A stretch of 57,310 bases of DNA, from NCBI GenBank assembly GCA_013202715.1, contig JABMRF010000046.1:1-57310 (forward strand). The letters are read 5' to 3'. This stretch comes from Candidatus Kuenenbacteria bacterium (lineage in GTDB: Bacteria; Patescibacteriota; Patescibacteriia; UBA11705; JABHMO01). The notes under the pieces were generated by a model. It was not told the DNA's origin, did not search any database, and saw nothing but the letters and a program-made list of their open reading frames with translations. This document shows positions 12,864-22,619 of the stretch, in pieces; positions within the stretch are counted from its first letter, which is position 1, and every line of letters begins with the position of its first letter. The position numbers and the translations under genes were made by a program.

Positions 12864-13277
12864 TTAATTTATATCCACTTTATTTTTTTCAATAACCGGA
12901 GGTTTCGGTTTTTTGTCTTCAGAAGATTTAGAAATTAAAATGATTCCAACGATAATTCCGATAAAAAAGAATGGAATTGCTATTACACCTAAAAATCCCA
13001 ATATAATTTTAGCAATCGTTAAACCTTTTTCTTTGCCGGTCAATTCTGCGCCCTGCAAATCTTGATTAACTACTGACACACCATATTCTATTGCCGGCGC
13101 TTCTAAATCAGCCTGACCAGCGGATTGTTCAACCTCGATTACTTGCTGTTGTTTTGCGGCCATCAATTGCGAAGTTGCAAAGCTCATGATTCCGTAGAGT
13201 GTCAAAACAAGTGGAAGTAAGACAACTGCCAAAATAATTAAAAATATACCCAATTTCTTTTTTCCTTTGTTTGTCAT
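12864..13277 (-). CDS. Hypothetical two-TM membrane protein
   Basis: Two clear hydrophobic helices. Confidence 0.6.
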   Translation of the reverse strand: MTNKGKKKLGIFLIILAVVLLPLVLTLYGIMSFATSQLMAAKQQQVIEVEQSAGQADLEAPAIEYGVSVVNQDLQGAELTGKEKGLTIAKIILGFLGVIAIPFFFIGIIVGIILISKSSEDKKPKPPVIEKNKVDIN

Positions 13278-13289
13278 AAATTTTTATTT

Positions 13290-14168
13290 TTAATATTTAA
13301 CTCGCTCTATATTTATCTTTTCTTCAATAAACCGCTCGGCCTGTTTTTTGAAATTATCATTTAAATCTGTTACCAAATATCTTGTCTGTGAATTTTTTGT
13401 TAAACCCTTTTCAAGCTCTGCGTGTCGCTTTAAATATTCTGCCAAAGACTTTGCCACAATTTCGCCCGGATTTGGAACAAAACAACTCGGCCCCATGATA
13501 CTTTTTATTTGTTTAATGAGTAGCGGATAATGCGTACAGCCTAAAATCAAAACTTTCACCTTTGCCTGTTTCAAAGGCCGCAAATAATATCTTAATACCG
13601 ATTTAATTTCTTTGCGTCTATCCCAGCCCTCCTCAATCATCGGAACAAGGAGTGGGCATGCCCGCTGAACAATTCCCGTTTCCTCTTTAGTCTTTAAGCT
13701 TTGATCTTTACTCTTACTTTGCTCTTTGATCTTTGCTCCTTGCTCTTTTAATTCTACCATATATACATTTGAATTAACAGTCCCGCGTGTGCCAATAACT
13801 CCGACCGGATCTTTTCCAATTCGGTTAACCTCCTCTGCCATCGGTCTTACAACTCCTAATATATTTTCCTTTACTTGTCTTGCTAGTCTTGCTCGTCTCG
13901 CTTGTCTCGCTGGAAGGTGCTCCGTCTGCAAACGTCTTAGCGCTTTTGACGTTGCTGTATTACACGCCAAAATTATAAGCTTTAACCCATTATCAAATAA
14001 ATAGTCACAAGCCTTTCTGGTCAAATCATAAACTGCCTCATCAGATCTATTTCCGTAAGGAACGTGGAGCGTGTCGCCAAGGTACATGTAATCGTACTCA
14101 GGCAAGACGCGTTTAATTTCTTTTAAAACAGTTAAGCCGCCAAGGCCGCTGTCGAATATTCCGATCAT
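13290..14168 (-). CDS. murI: Glutamate racemase
   Basis: IGIFDSGLGGL, PYG, ACNTA and LGCTHYP motifs. Carries two low-complexity repeat insertions. Confidence 0.96.
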   Translation of the reverse strand: MIGIFDSGLGGLTVLKEIKRVLPEYDYMYLGDTLHVPYGNRSDEAVYDLTRKACDYLFDNGLKLIILACNTATSKALRRLQTEHLPARQARRARLARQVKENILGVVRPMAEEVNRIGKDPVGVIGTRGTVNSNVYMVELKEQGAKIKEQSKSKDQSLKTKEETGIVQRACPLLVPMIEEGWDRRKEIKSVLRYYLRPLKQAKVKVLILGCTHYPLLIKQIKSIMGPSCFVPNPGEIVAKSLAEYLKRHAELEKGLTKNSQTRYLVTDLNDNFKKQAERFIEEKINIERVKY

Positions 14169-14180
14169 ACAGTCGTCTTA

Positions 14181-14347
14181 AAGAGGGCTCCATAGTCCTG
14201 TTTTGAACAAAGTGAAAAACAGGCTGTGGAGTCCCGTTTGGGAACATATAAAAAGAGAAGCAATGGAGCAACAAATGCTAGGAGAGGTGTCTTTAAATGA
14301 TCCCTTATTAGGCTCCACAGTGCTTCGCAACTATGGAGCCCCCTTTA
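14181..14347. repeat. REP/REPIN-like composite palindrome (copy A)
   Basis: AAGAGGGCTCCATAG-hairpin-CTGTGGAGTCCC ... GGCTCCACAG-TGCTTCGCAA-CTATGGAGCCCCCTTT. Related copies at 16177-16294 and 51761-51817. Confidence 0.8.
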
Positions 14348-14386
14348 TAAGATAATGATAACACACCACTAAATTTACCACAAACC

Positions 14387-14415
14387 TTGACAACTTCACT
14401 AAACAATGCTACACT
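14387..14415 (+). promoter_or_regulatory. sigma70-type promoter
   Basis: TTGACA-N17-TACACT with extended -10 TG. Confidence 0.75.
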
Positions 14416-14567
14416 ACTCCAATGTAGTTCGTTTATAATAAGCTTAGTTTTTCATAGCCTTGGCCGGAATGTTGCTTTGCAAGGTGCAGAGTAAATGACC
14501 GACCTTGGCGATTGCTCTTACTGGCAGGACGTACGGGCCTCTCAGAAGAGCTTTTTGGAGGTGTACC

Positions 14568-15548
14568 ATGAGTGAAAACAAAGTGTCGTATCAAACAGAG
14601 GGATGCAAAGAATGTGAAAAGGGTGAACCCAAAAGACCTGCAGATGCTATTACTACATTTCAGGTTCTGACTGCGATATTGTTACTGTTTACTTGTTGTT
14701 GGGTAGTGAGTTTAATTGTGGGTGTAGCATTAAAAGGTCAGAGTTTCCTAAACACTGAGCATACCGTTGCGACACTTGGTCTTTGTGTTTTTAGCCTCAT
14801 GCTGTATATCATCTCAATGATCCTGGAAAAAAATATCTTCGAGCATGTATTCAAACAACACGGTAGTTGGCATACGCATTATGAGGTGCCAATCAGAGAA
14901 GGGGATGATTATATCTTTATGGGTGAAAACAAAGGCCGTGAAGATATGATTATCCATGGTCCAATCTTCAAACTGCAAATTTGTGGGTGGGGCAAAATGA
15001 GACACAGCACTCTTCAGGGAAATTTCAACGGCTGGGAAATCACCAAATACTACATTGGCGGAGATGGTAACCCATACATAGACCTGAAAAGAGGTCTCCA
15101 AACACGTCAAGAAATGGTCTGGATGGAAGCCGCCTACAATATTGTCGGCAATACCTGCGACCCCATTCACTGTCTGGCTGACCATGATTCCAGTTTAATA
15201 TTCGCCTACCAGCAACTTGCACTTCAGAAAGAAATCACCGACGAAGTGATTACTGATGTGATTGAACTCATCAGACTCTGGAAAAACTCAGAAAGATCCA
15301 ACGTGGGTATGGGCTCGCGAGTAATGCTCGAAGAGATGATGAAAGCTTTGCGGAAAGACCACGTGGAAAGTCAAAAAACAGAGCTACTTGATGAATCGAC
15401 GCAAATGCTTCTTGGTAGTGTCCGTGCGGTACTCCAACGGAATATCGCTGCCATTACAGAAAAGTCCGAAAAGGTTCGCGCCTTTGTTGGTAGCAAACCT
15501 CAATACTTGCCAAAACCGCAGGAAACTCCTGCTGAGGCCAACGGGTAA
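14568..15548 (+). CDS. Orphan hypothetical membrane protein (two N-terminal TM helices)
   Basis: ATG at 14568 preceded by a GGAGGT Shine-Dalgarno, with its own promoter and terminator. No family recognised. Confidence 0.7.
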   Translation: MSENKVSYQTEGCKECEKGEPKRPADAITTFQVLTAILLLFTCCWVVSLIVGVALKGQSFLNTEHTVATLGLCVFSLMLYIISMILEKNIFEHVFKQHGSWHTHYEVPIREGDDYIFMGENKGREDMIIHGPIFKLQICGWGKMRHSTLQGNFNGWEITKYYIGGDGNPYIDLKRGLQTRQEMVWMEAAYNIVGNTCDPIHCLADHDSSLIFAYQQLALQKEITDEVITDVIELIRLWKNSERSNVGMGSRVMLEEMMKALRKDHVESQKTELLDESTQMLLGSVRAVLQRNIAAITEKSEKVRAFVGSKPQYLPKPQETPAEANG

Positions 15549-15554
15549 CAAGAC

Positions 15555-15590
15555 AATCCTGTCCTTCAACTGAAGGACGGGATTTTTTTT
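15555..15590 (+). terminator. Intrinsic terminator
   Basis: AATCCTGTCCTTCA-ac-TGAAGGACGGGATT stem followed by a T run. Confidence 0.85.
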
Positions 15591-15662
15591 CAAGTCCTTG
15601 CCCTACCCCGCGCTTCCGTGATAAAATTATAGTAGAAGAAGTAACAATAATGGAGGAACAAG

Positions 15663-16130
15663 ATGAGTCATCCAACAAAATCAGCAGAACAATTTGAAGA
15701 TTCAATTTTAATAGGATCTGATCACGGTGGTTTTGAATTGAAACAAAAGATCATTGCTTATCTAAATGCCAATGGTTTTTCTGTCCAGGATGTTGGAACT
15801 TATTTCGACGAGTCCTGCGACTATCCTGATTTTGCCAAACTGGTTGCTGGACCAATTTCAAATGGCACGCATCGCCGTGGTATCCTAGTTTGCGGGACCG
15901 GACTCGGAATTTCAATTGCCGCCAACAAAATCAAAAATGTACGCGCCGCAGTTGGTTACAGTGAAGAGGCCACTCAAATGGCGCGCGAGCACAATGATGC
16001 TCACATCATCTGCTTTGGTGAGCGCACCATGGATCATGACACAGTTTTGAGATGCGTGAAGATCTTCCTGGAAACGCCTTTTTCAAACGGGGAGAGGCAT
16101 GTGAAAAGGCTTCAGAAAATCGAATCATAA
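15663..16130 (+). CDS. rpiB: Ribose-5-phosphate isomerase B
   Basis: GSDHGG, DYPD, CGTGLGISIAANK, AREHNDA, RH..RL motifs. Confidence 0.95.
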   Translation: MSHPTKSAEQFEDSILIGSDHGGFELKQKIIAYLNANGFSVQDVGTYFDESCDYPDFAKLVAGPISNGTHRRGILVCGTGLGISIAANKIKNVRAAVGYSEEATQMAREHNDAHIICFGERTMDHDTVLRCVKIFLETPFSNGERHVKRLQKIES

Positions 16131-16166
16131 CCCCTCCTAAATCCTCCCCTTGCTAAGGGGAGGACT
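16131..16166. repeat. Purine/pyrimidine-asymmetric palindrome (CCCCTCCT...AAGGGGAGGA type)
   Basis: CCCCTCCTAAATCCTCCCCTTGCTAAGGGGAGGA hairpin directly after the rpiB stop; could also act as a terminator. Confidence 0.55.
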
Positions 16167-16176
16167 TTTAAATTTA

Positions 16177-16294
16177 AAAGAGGGCTCCATAGTCCTGCCT
16201 GAAGCGTAGCGAAAGGCAGGCTGTGGAGTCCAAAATGGGGTCTTTTAAATTCCCCCACCAGGGCTCCACAGTGCGTCGCAACTATGGAGCCCCC
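16177..16294. repeat. REP/REPIN-like composite palindrome (copy B)
   Basis: AAAGAGGGCTCCATAGTCCTG...CAGGCTGTGGAGTCC and GGGCTCCACAGTGCGTCGCAACTATGGAGCCCC, in the same orientation as copy A. Confidence 0.8.
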
Positions 16295-16299
16295 GTCAG

Positions 16300-16334
16300 A
16301 AAAAAAACCCCACCTGCTACATTGTAACGGTGGG
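16300..16334 (-). terminator. Intrinsic terminator
   Basis: CCCACC...GGTGGG stem followed by a T run on the minus strand. Confidence 0.65.
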
Positions 16335-16416
16335 TCAATGTTTTTATGAAAGTAAATGATTACCAAATTTTGTGCATGACAGCCAAAATCAATTGAGTCT
16401 CGTCTAATTATACTGT

Positions 16417-17310
16417 CTATTTCAATCGATCTTCCAAGTATTCGCGAGAACGATTAATTTCAACCGTCACCGCGTTCGTTGTTTCAAGTATGGGAATACC
16501 CCTCGGCACTGGATGCATGAAAATTTCTGTCCAACCCGAGTAGTTGATCCGTCGCAACACTTTTAGCAACGGGCCGAAATCCAGGTTTCCACGTCCAGGC
16601 AATTGTTTTAGCTCCTGTTCCTTGGGGAGCTTCACATAGCATCCATCACCATATTGCCAAGCATAAAAGACGGCGATGGCACTGCCAAGTTCTTCTATCA
16701 AGGACGCAAGCAAGCCTACATCCTGAGGTAAATGGTAGGGAGCAAAGGCAACAGCAAGATGCTTCGAAGGACGAAGTTCCGCCAACCACTTTAGCGAATC
16801 GGGAGACCCAACAAGGCCATTGCCATGATTCTCAATGGCAATCGTTACTCCCACTTCCTCCGCTAGTGCTAGATGAGGCTTCATCTTTTCCAGGAATCTA
16901 TTTATTTCTTGCTTTAACGCTCTCCCCTTGAGTCCCTTTTTACCACGACTACCGGTTACGATTGTCCGACACCCCAAGCGCTGTGCTAGTCTCATCTCTG
17001 CCGTCAATTCAAATGGACCGAGTTGATGCTGAGTAATACAACCCAGGGAGATTTCGTGCTGATTCAGCATTTCTGTGAACCTCTCTTCTCCCATTGTGGC
17101 CAACTGTTCTCGCTGATTCCCATGTATTTTTGGCCAAATATCGATGGCCGTAGCGTGGGTCTTGCGTACTTCTGAAAAAATACTGGCCAGTGGTTCATAG
17201 CCGTACATGCACGATGCAAGCAGGCAATTCAAGCCACTAGAACTGTTATTTCCACCGATATCCTGATCACATTCAGGACGTTCACTATTGACGAAGTCAT
17301 ATTCTCCCAT
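16417..17310 (-). CDS. Sugar phosphate isomerase/epimerase (xylose-isomerase-like TIM barrel)
   Basis: GVTIAIENH, PG.G.LDF and GW.EI motifs of AP_endonuc_2-type barrels. Has an SD-like AAGGGGGT. Confidence 0.8.
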   Translation of the reverse strand: MGEYDFVNSERPECDQDIGGNNSSSGLNCLLASCMYGYEPLASIFSEVRKTHATAIDIWPKIHGNQREQLATMGEERFTEMLNQHEISLGCITQHQLGPFELTAEMRLAQRLGCRTIVTGSRGKKGLKGRALKQEINRFLEKMKPHLALAEEVGVTIAIENHGNGLVGSPDSLKWLAELRPSKHLAVAFAPYHLPQDVGLLASLIEELGSAIAVFYAWQYGDGCYVKLPKEQELKQLPGRGNLDFGPLLKVLRRINYSGWTEIFMHPVPRGIPILETTNAVTVEINRSREYLEDRLK

Positions 17311-17401
17311 TAATTACCCCCTTAAAATCGAATAATCTTGACCCTCTAGCAATAAAAGTATCCTGTACCAGCTCCTTAATAATGTTTTCAAATCACTTAG
17401 T

Positions 17402-17430
17402 ATTGTATATTGGAAAAACTGTTTTGTCAA
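17402..17430 (-). promoter_or_regulatory. sigma70-type promoter
   Basis: TTGACA-N17-TACAAT on the minus strand, upstream of the isomerase. Confidence 0.75.
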
Positions 17431-17442
17431 TAATCATGTATC

Positions 17443-17479
17443 AAAAAACCCACCACACTGAATCATCCAGTTGGTGGGA
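17443..17479 (-). terminator. Intrinsic terminator
   Basis: CCCACCA...TGGTGGG stem followed by T6 on the minus strand. Confidence 0.65.
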
Positions 17480-17483
17480 TTAT

Positions 17484-17774
17484 TTATTTTTTATTTCTGA
17501 ACTTCTTCACCCAACACCCCTTTACCAACCCAACCGTCAAAGTTGAAAGCAAAAAGGCCACCGCCGGCACAATCGAATTCACAAATGGTTTTGTTAATCC
17601 GGCAACAAAGAAAAAGATTACAAAAAAGATATAAGTAACCACGGCAATCAAAATCCGCCGAGTCCAGCTGGTTTCCCAGGCCTTGTCAGCTTCAACGCGC
17701 TGATTGCGTTTTTTTATTTGCACGATTTCGTTTTCTATATTCATAATTTTATCACGAATTTCGCTAATTCTCAC
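17484..17774 (-). CDS. Small two-TM hypothetical protein
   Basis: RN.RVEADKAWETSW.RR followed by two TM helices. Confidence 0.7.
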   Translation of the reverse strand: MRISEIRDKIMNIENEIVQIKKRNQRVEADKAWETSWTRRILIAVVTYIFFVIFFFVAGLTKPFVNSIVPAVAFLLSTLTVGLVKGCWVKKFRNKK

Positions 17775-17847
17775 GAATTACCGCAAATATTAATTTTACT
17801 TTTATACTTAATTCAAAATTCATAATTCAAACTACATAACCATCGAC

Positions 17848-19197
17848 TCAAACAGCCCTTCCCCGAATTATTCCCAAAATCTCATCTGCCTTTTCTTTCA
17901 TAAGGTTTTCAGTTTTTGCTTCTAAGTTCAAACGCAATAGCGGTTCCGTATTACTTGGCCGGACATTGAACCACCAGGCTTCGAATTCAAAAGTGACGCC
18001 GTCAAATTCTTGAGTTAAATTTTCACCAAACTTATCTTTGAGCTTGGCAATAATAGCATCTTTGTCCGAAACTTCTGAATTGGTCTCATCAATGCGGAAA
18101 TATGTTTGAAATTCCTTGATTAATTCTGAAAATGACTCGCCCTCTTCGCTCAGCATTTGCAAAACAATCACGGTCGCAATGATTCCACTGTCCGCCCGAA
18201 AATTATCTTTGAAATAATAATGACCGGAATGCTCACCGGCAAAAACTGCGCCAGTTTCTTTCATATCCTGTTTAATATAGGAATGACCAACTTTACTTGT
18301 AAATGGCACTCCACCCATTTGCTCAACAACTTCCGGAACGGATTTACTGACAACTACGTTGCGAATTATTGTGGCGCCAGGATTTTTTTCAATCATTTTC
18401 TTGGCAACCATGGCTGTGATCCAGGAGCTGTCAATCATCTCCCCTTTTTCGTCAACGAAAAACACTCGATCCGCATCACCGTCAAAGGCGAGACCAAGGT
18501 CAGAGCCAGTTTCCTTTACCTTGGCAATCAGATCCAAATTATTTTCAAGCTCAATCGGACTTGGCGGATGATTTGGGAAATTGCCGTCAAGTTCAAAATA
18601 AAGAGGAATAATTTCACATGGCAAGTCCTTGAAAACAACAGGAACAATTTTTCCGGCCATACCGTTTCCAGCATCAACCACAATTTTCAGCGGTTTTATT
18701 TTTTCTTTATCAATAAAAGTGTGAACATGCTCTGCAAATTCTTCTAAAATCCCATCTTTTTCTTCAACTTGACCCAAAACTTCAGAATCGCTAAATTCGT
18801 TTTTCAAAACCAATTCCTTCATCTCAGTTAACCCACTTTCTTTTCCAACCGGAGTTGCGCCGGATAAACAGAACTTGATCCCGATATAATCCTTTGGATT
18901 GTGCGAAGCGGTGATCATGACGCCAGCCATCTGGTATTTCCCTGAAGCAAAATACACTGTGTCGGTGCTTACTAATCCAAGAGTTATCACTTTTGCGCCC
19001 TGTTTTGTCGCGCCATTTATAAAAGCCTGGCTCATTTGTGGTGAAGAAATTCGCATATCCCAGCCCAAAACTAGCTCTTTTATTTGAAAATGAAGAACAA
19101 AAGCTCGCCCGACTCGCTCCATTATTTCTTCGTTGAATTGATCTGGATAAATGCCTCGAAAATCGTAAGCCTTAAAGATTGATTGGTCAATGTCCAT
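17848..19197 (-). CDS. Phosphomannomutase/phosphoglucomutase
   Basis: FKAYDFRG, ITASHNP, FDGDADR, GEHSGH, RPSNTEP motifs. Confidence 0.95.
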   Translation of the reverse strand: MDIDQSIFKAYDFRGIYPDQFNEEIMERVGRAFVLHFQIKELVLGWDMRISSPQMSQAFINGATKQGAKVITLGLVSTDTVYFASGKYQMAGVMITASHNPKDYIGIKFCLSGATPVGKESGLTEMKELVLKNEFSDSEVLGQVEEKDGILEEFAEHVHTFIDKEKIKPLKIVVDAGNGMAGKIVPVVFKDLPCEIIPLYFELDGNFPNHPPSPIELENNLDLIAKVKETGSDLGLAFDGDADRVFFVDEKGEMIDSSWITAMVAKKMIEKNPGATIIRNVVVSKSVPEVVEQMGGVPFTSKVGHSYIKQDMKETGAVFAGEHSGHYYFKDNFRADSGIIATVIVLQMLSEEGESFSELIKEFQTYFRIDETNSEVSDKDAIIAKLKDKFGENLTQEFDGVTFEFEAWWFNVRPSNTEPLLRLNLEAKTENLMKEKADEILGIIRGRAV

Positions 19198-19435
19198 ATT
19201 ATTAGAAATTAGTTAATTTTATTCACTTTTGATATTTGCTATCAATGCATAATTATTATACAATAGATACAGAAAAAAAGAAAAAAACTTCTCGCAACAG
19301 ATTCTTATCTGGCTGTTTTAGTTATTTAGTTATCTAATATAATTGTTATACTGCTTACTGATATATTGTCTTACTGTTGTATTGTCTTACTGTTTAAACA
19401 ATATAACAATACAACAATTTAACAGTTTAATCTCC

Positions 19436-21835
19436 ATGAATATTTTTTCCGAAAACTTTCTTCAAACCATCAGAACTTCCATAAAAATCTGCCAGGTTAA
19501 TCATGGCACAGAAATACTTCCTCGACACTTGCTACTTGCCATGGAAAAAACCAAGGGTTGCTTGGCATTTGATATTTTAGCTCAATGCAAACCATTAATC
19601 AAGCAAAAAGTTGTTGTTCCGATTATAAAAAACGGCCGCTTGCCTGAATTTAGTGCTGATGCTGAAAGCATAATCCAGCGCGCCGCCAAACTGGCCTTTG
19701 AGGCAAATCACCACTATGTTGGAACTGAGCACCTGCTGTCCGCACTACTAGAGCTTCCAAAAGAAAAAATTGGTGCTGTAAAACTTCCAATTGAAAAAAT
19801 AAAAAAACATTTAACAAGTATTTTAAACAGTAATTCACACATGCCGGATTTTTCAAAAATATTTAATAACCCAGAAAAAATCGGTAATTCTCAAAGTTCT
19901 ATGCACCAACCCAGTGCACTGGAGCATTTTACAATAGATCTAACTCATCCGGAAAATCAAGCTGACATCAATCCGGTCATTGGTCGAGAAGATGAAATCG
20001 AGAGAATCATCCAAATTCTCTGCCGTAAAGATAAAAATAATCCAGTTATTCTCGGACAAGCAGGAGTTGGAAAAACCGCTTTGGTTGAAGGATTGGCGCA
20101 AAAGATTTCGAGCCAACAAGTGCCTGCACTATTAATGAATAAAAAAATACTTAATCTGGACATGGGCTTGATTGTCGCCGGGACAATGTACCGTGGTGAA
20201 TTTGAAAATCGTTTAAAATCAATCATGGATCAAGTTGGAAACGATCCAAACATCATTCTATTCATTGACGAACTCCATAATATCATCGGTGCCGGCTCTG
20301 CATCAGGCTCTATGGATGCCGCTAATTTACTGAAACCACTTTTGGCAAGAGGAAAATTAAGATGCATTGGCGCGACTACTCCCGATGAATTCAAAAAACA
20401 CATTGAAGCTGATCCTGCACTGGAACGCCGATTTCAGCCGGTTCATATTTCAGAGCCAAACAAAGAGGAAACTCTAAGTATTTTGCAAGGAATAAAAGAA
20501 AACTATCAAAATTTTCACCAGGTATATTTTACTGACGAAGCGCTTCAGGCTGCGGTTGATTTAAGTGTTCGCTATATTCAGGATAAACTTTTACCGGACA
20601 AAGCAATTGATCTGATCGATGAAGCTGCCGCAAAAGTTAAGATTAGGCATCAAAGCAAAGATCCTCTCCTTGCTGAGCAACTTAAACTGGAAAAACAGAT
20701 TAATTCAATTGAAGAAGACAAAGCGCAAGCGATTTTAGCGGAAGATTATAATCTGGCGGTTAAATTAAAGCAAACCCAACAAGGAGCTTTGAGCAAACTT
20801 AGGGAAGTTAAAAAAACAAGAAATCAAAAAATCAAGAAATCAAAAAATCAAGTTACCGAAGATGAGATATTAAAACTGATTTCGCAAAAGACAAAAATCC
20901 CAATGAGCGAATTAACAGAATCTGAATATAAACGACTAAGTAGCATCAAAGTTAAATTAAACAAAACCATCATCGGTCAGCAAGGGCAAATTGAGCAAAT
21001 CATGAAAACAATTTCTCACGCCCAGCTAGGACTGTCCGATCAAACGAAACCGCTGGCCAGCTTTTTGTTCCTGGGATCAAGTGGAATCGGCAAAACATTC
21101 ACAGCGCGAGAATTGGCTCGCCATTTGTTTAATAATGAAGAAGCCTTTATCCAACTCGACATGTCTGAATTTGGTGACAAATTTCAGGCCACAAAATTAA
21201 TTGGCTCACCGGCCGGCTATGTCGGTTATCGCGAAGGGAATAAATTTACTGACCTTGTCAAAAAAACGCCTCACTGCTTAATTTTACTCGATGAAATTGA
21301 AAAAGCGCATCCTGAAATTCTGGATTTACTTTTACAAATTTTAGAACACGGGCATTTGACTGATAGCGTTGGGAAAAAAATTAATTTCAAAAATTCAATA
21401 GTTATCATGACTTCAAATATTCTAGGCGATAAATTTTCCCAGAAATCAATTGGATTTGGGTCAGAAAGCATCCAAAAGCAAGATATTGAACTTCATCTGC
21501 CTGAATTGAAAAAACAGTTCAAACCTGAACTTATTAACAGGATAAATAATCTGATAATTTTCAATAATCTTACTCAAAATGACTTACAGCAGGTTATAAA
21601 AAACCAGCTAAAACTTTTAATACTAAAACTGGATTCAAAAGGGATTGGAGTTGACATTTCAACTTCGGTAACTAAATTTCTGGCCGAAAAAGCTGGGGAG
21701 CAGAATGCCGGCGCGAGAACCGCGCAAAATATTATTATGAAACACATCGAACAACCACTGCTGGATAAACTTATGAACGGTCAGAAAAAGAACTTTTTAG
21801 TTAGCAAAATCAAAGACAAACTTATCATTAAATAA
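19436..21835 (+). CDS. clpC: ATP-dependent Clp protease ATP-binding subunit (ClpC-like)
   Basis: Clp_N repeats, Walker A GQAGVGKT and GSSGIGKT, IDELH/LDEIEKAH, UVR coiled coil, IGF loop. Start trimmed to 19436 because the upstream extension is a repeat array. Confidence 0.92.
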   Translation: MNIFSENFLQTIRTSIKICQVNHGTEILPRHLLLAMEKTKGCLAFDILAQCKPLIKQKVVVPIIKNGRLPEFSADAESIIQRAAKLAFEANHHYVGTEHLLSALLELPKEKIGAVKLPIEKIKKHLTSILNSNSHMPDFSKIFNNPEKIGNSQSSMHQPSALEHFTIDLTHPENQADINPVIGREDEIERIIQILCRKDKNNPVILGQAGVGKTALVEGLAQKISSQQVPALLMNKKILNLDMGLIVAGTMYRGEFENRLKSIMDQVGNDPNIILFIDELHNIIGAGSASGSMDAANLLKPLLARGKLRCIGATTPDEFKKHIEADPALERRFQPVHISEPNKEETLSILQGIKENYQNFHQVYFTDEALQAAVDLSVRYIQDKLLPDKAIDLIDEAAAKVKIRHQSKDPLLAEQLKLEKQINSIEEDKAQAILAEDYNLAVKLKQTQQGALSKLREVKKTRNQKIKKSKNQVTEDEILKLISQKTKIPMSELTESEYKRLSSIKVKLNKTIIGQQGQIEQIMKTISHAQLGLSDQTKPLASFLFLGSSGIGKTFTARELARHLFNNEEAFIQLDMSEFGDKFQATKLIGSPAGYVGYREGNKFTDLVKKTPHCLILLDEIEKAHPEILDLLLQILEHGHLTDSVGKKINFKNSIVIMTSNILGDKFSQKSIGFGSESIQKQDIELHLPELKKQFKPELINRINNLIIFNNLTQNDLQQVIKNQLKLLILKLDSKGIGVDISTSVTKFLAEKAGEQNAGARTAQNIIMKHIEQPLLDKLMNGQKKNFLVSKIKDKLIIK

Positions 21836-21837
21836 AA

Positions 21838-22599
21838 ATGGCAACAGCATCATCACAAACCCCAAGCCCACCAGCAGGAGGATCGACACCTCAGGAGAGT
21901 CAGGACAAACGATCTCTTGATAGTGCTCGTTTGGGTTCCAAAAAGAACTCCGCTTTGCCCAGCGCACAGCCCAAGCCAAAGTTTGCGCCACCCCTTGGCG
22001 GAAAAACAACCGGTGATGCTAATTTTCAGCAAGGGCAAAAACGAAAGCTTGACCGACAAAAAGCTATTGACAAAAAAGACTCCCCGGCTGGAAAAGTTGG
22101 TGATGATAAAGGAAGCAAAACGCCACCAAAGGCGCCGTCTCCGATATCAGAAGATAAAGACAAAAAAAAGCCAAGTATCAAAGACCGAGCAATAAAAAGA
22201 GGGGGAAACACAGAAGGTGGCCAAAAAGCCCGAGAGATTGCTAACGAGATAAGAGCTGAAAAAGTCAGGAGAGCAAAGGGTCAAAAAGGACAATCCACGG
22301 GTTCGCCCGACGCAAAAAAACCTTCAGGCTACTGGGGCCTTTTCAAAAGAATCTTTTCCGGAAAAGGTTGCCTGCCAGTTATTCCGGCCTTGGCAACAAT
22401 TGTCAGAGTTGTAATTGCTCTCAAGGGCGGGCAGTACGTTAATGATATAATGGATAAGTCACTGGGCGGAGAAAAGAAAACTGACAAAGTTTATGCCGGA
22501 GTGATCATTGCTGCATGTGGATGCAATTGTTGTTTCTGGTTATTACCAGTTATAGCAATTGGCGGACTTATGATTGCTATATTCGGCGCATTTTCATAA
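21838..22599 (+). CDS. Hypothetical protein with disordered Lys/Pro-rich N-terminus and hydrophobic Cys-rich C-terminus
   Basis: ORF starts 2 nt after the clpC stop; C-terminal TM segments (AACGCNCCFWLL). Confidence 0.65.
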   Translation: MATASSQTPSPPAGGSTPQESQDKRSLDSARLGSKKNSALPSAQPKPKFAPPLGGKTTGDANFQQGQKRKLDRQKAIDKKDSPAGKVGDDKGSKTPPKAPSPISEDKDKKKPSIKDRAIKRGGNTEGGQKAREIANEIRAEKVRRAKGQKGQSTGSPDAKKPSGYWGLFKRIFSGKGCLPVIPALATIVRVVIALKGGQYVNDIMDKSLGGEKKTDKVYAGVIIAACGCNCCFWLLPVIAIGGLMIAIFGAFS

Positions 22600-22619
22600 A
22601 TAACAAATATAAAAAAAGT

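Noticed and set aside
19343-19435. N-terminal extensions of ClpC (also LigA, the FimT-like pilin, RseP, and 44918-45031)
   Set aside because: These extensions are translations of upstream repeat arrays or overlap neighbouring genes; downstream ATGs match the family N-termini.
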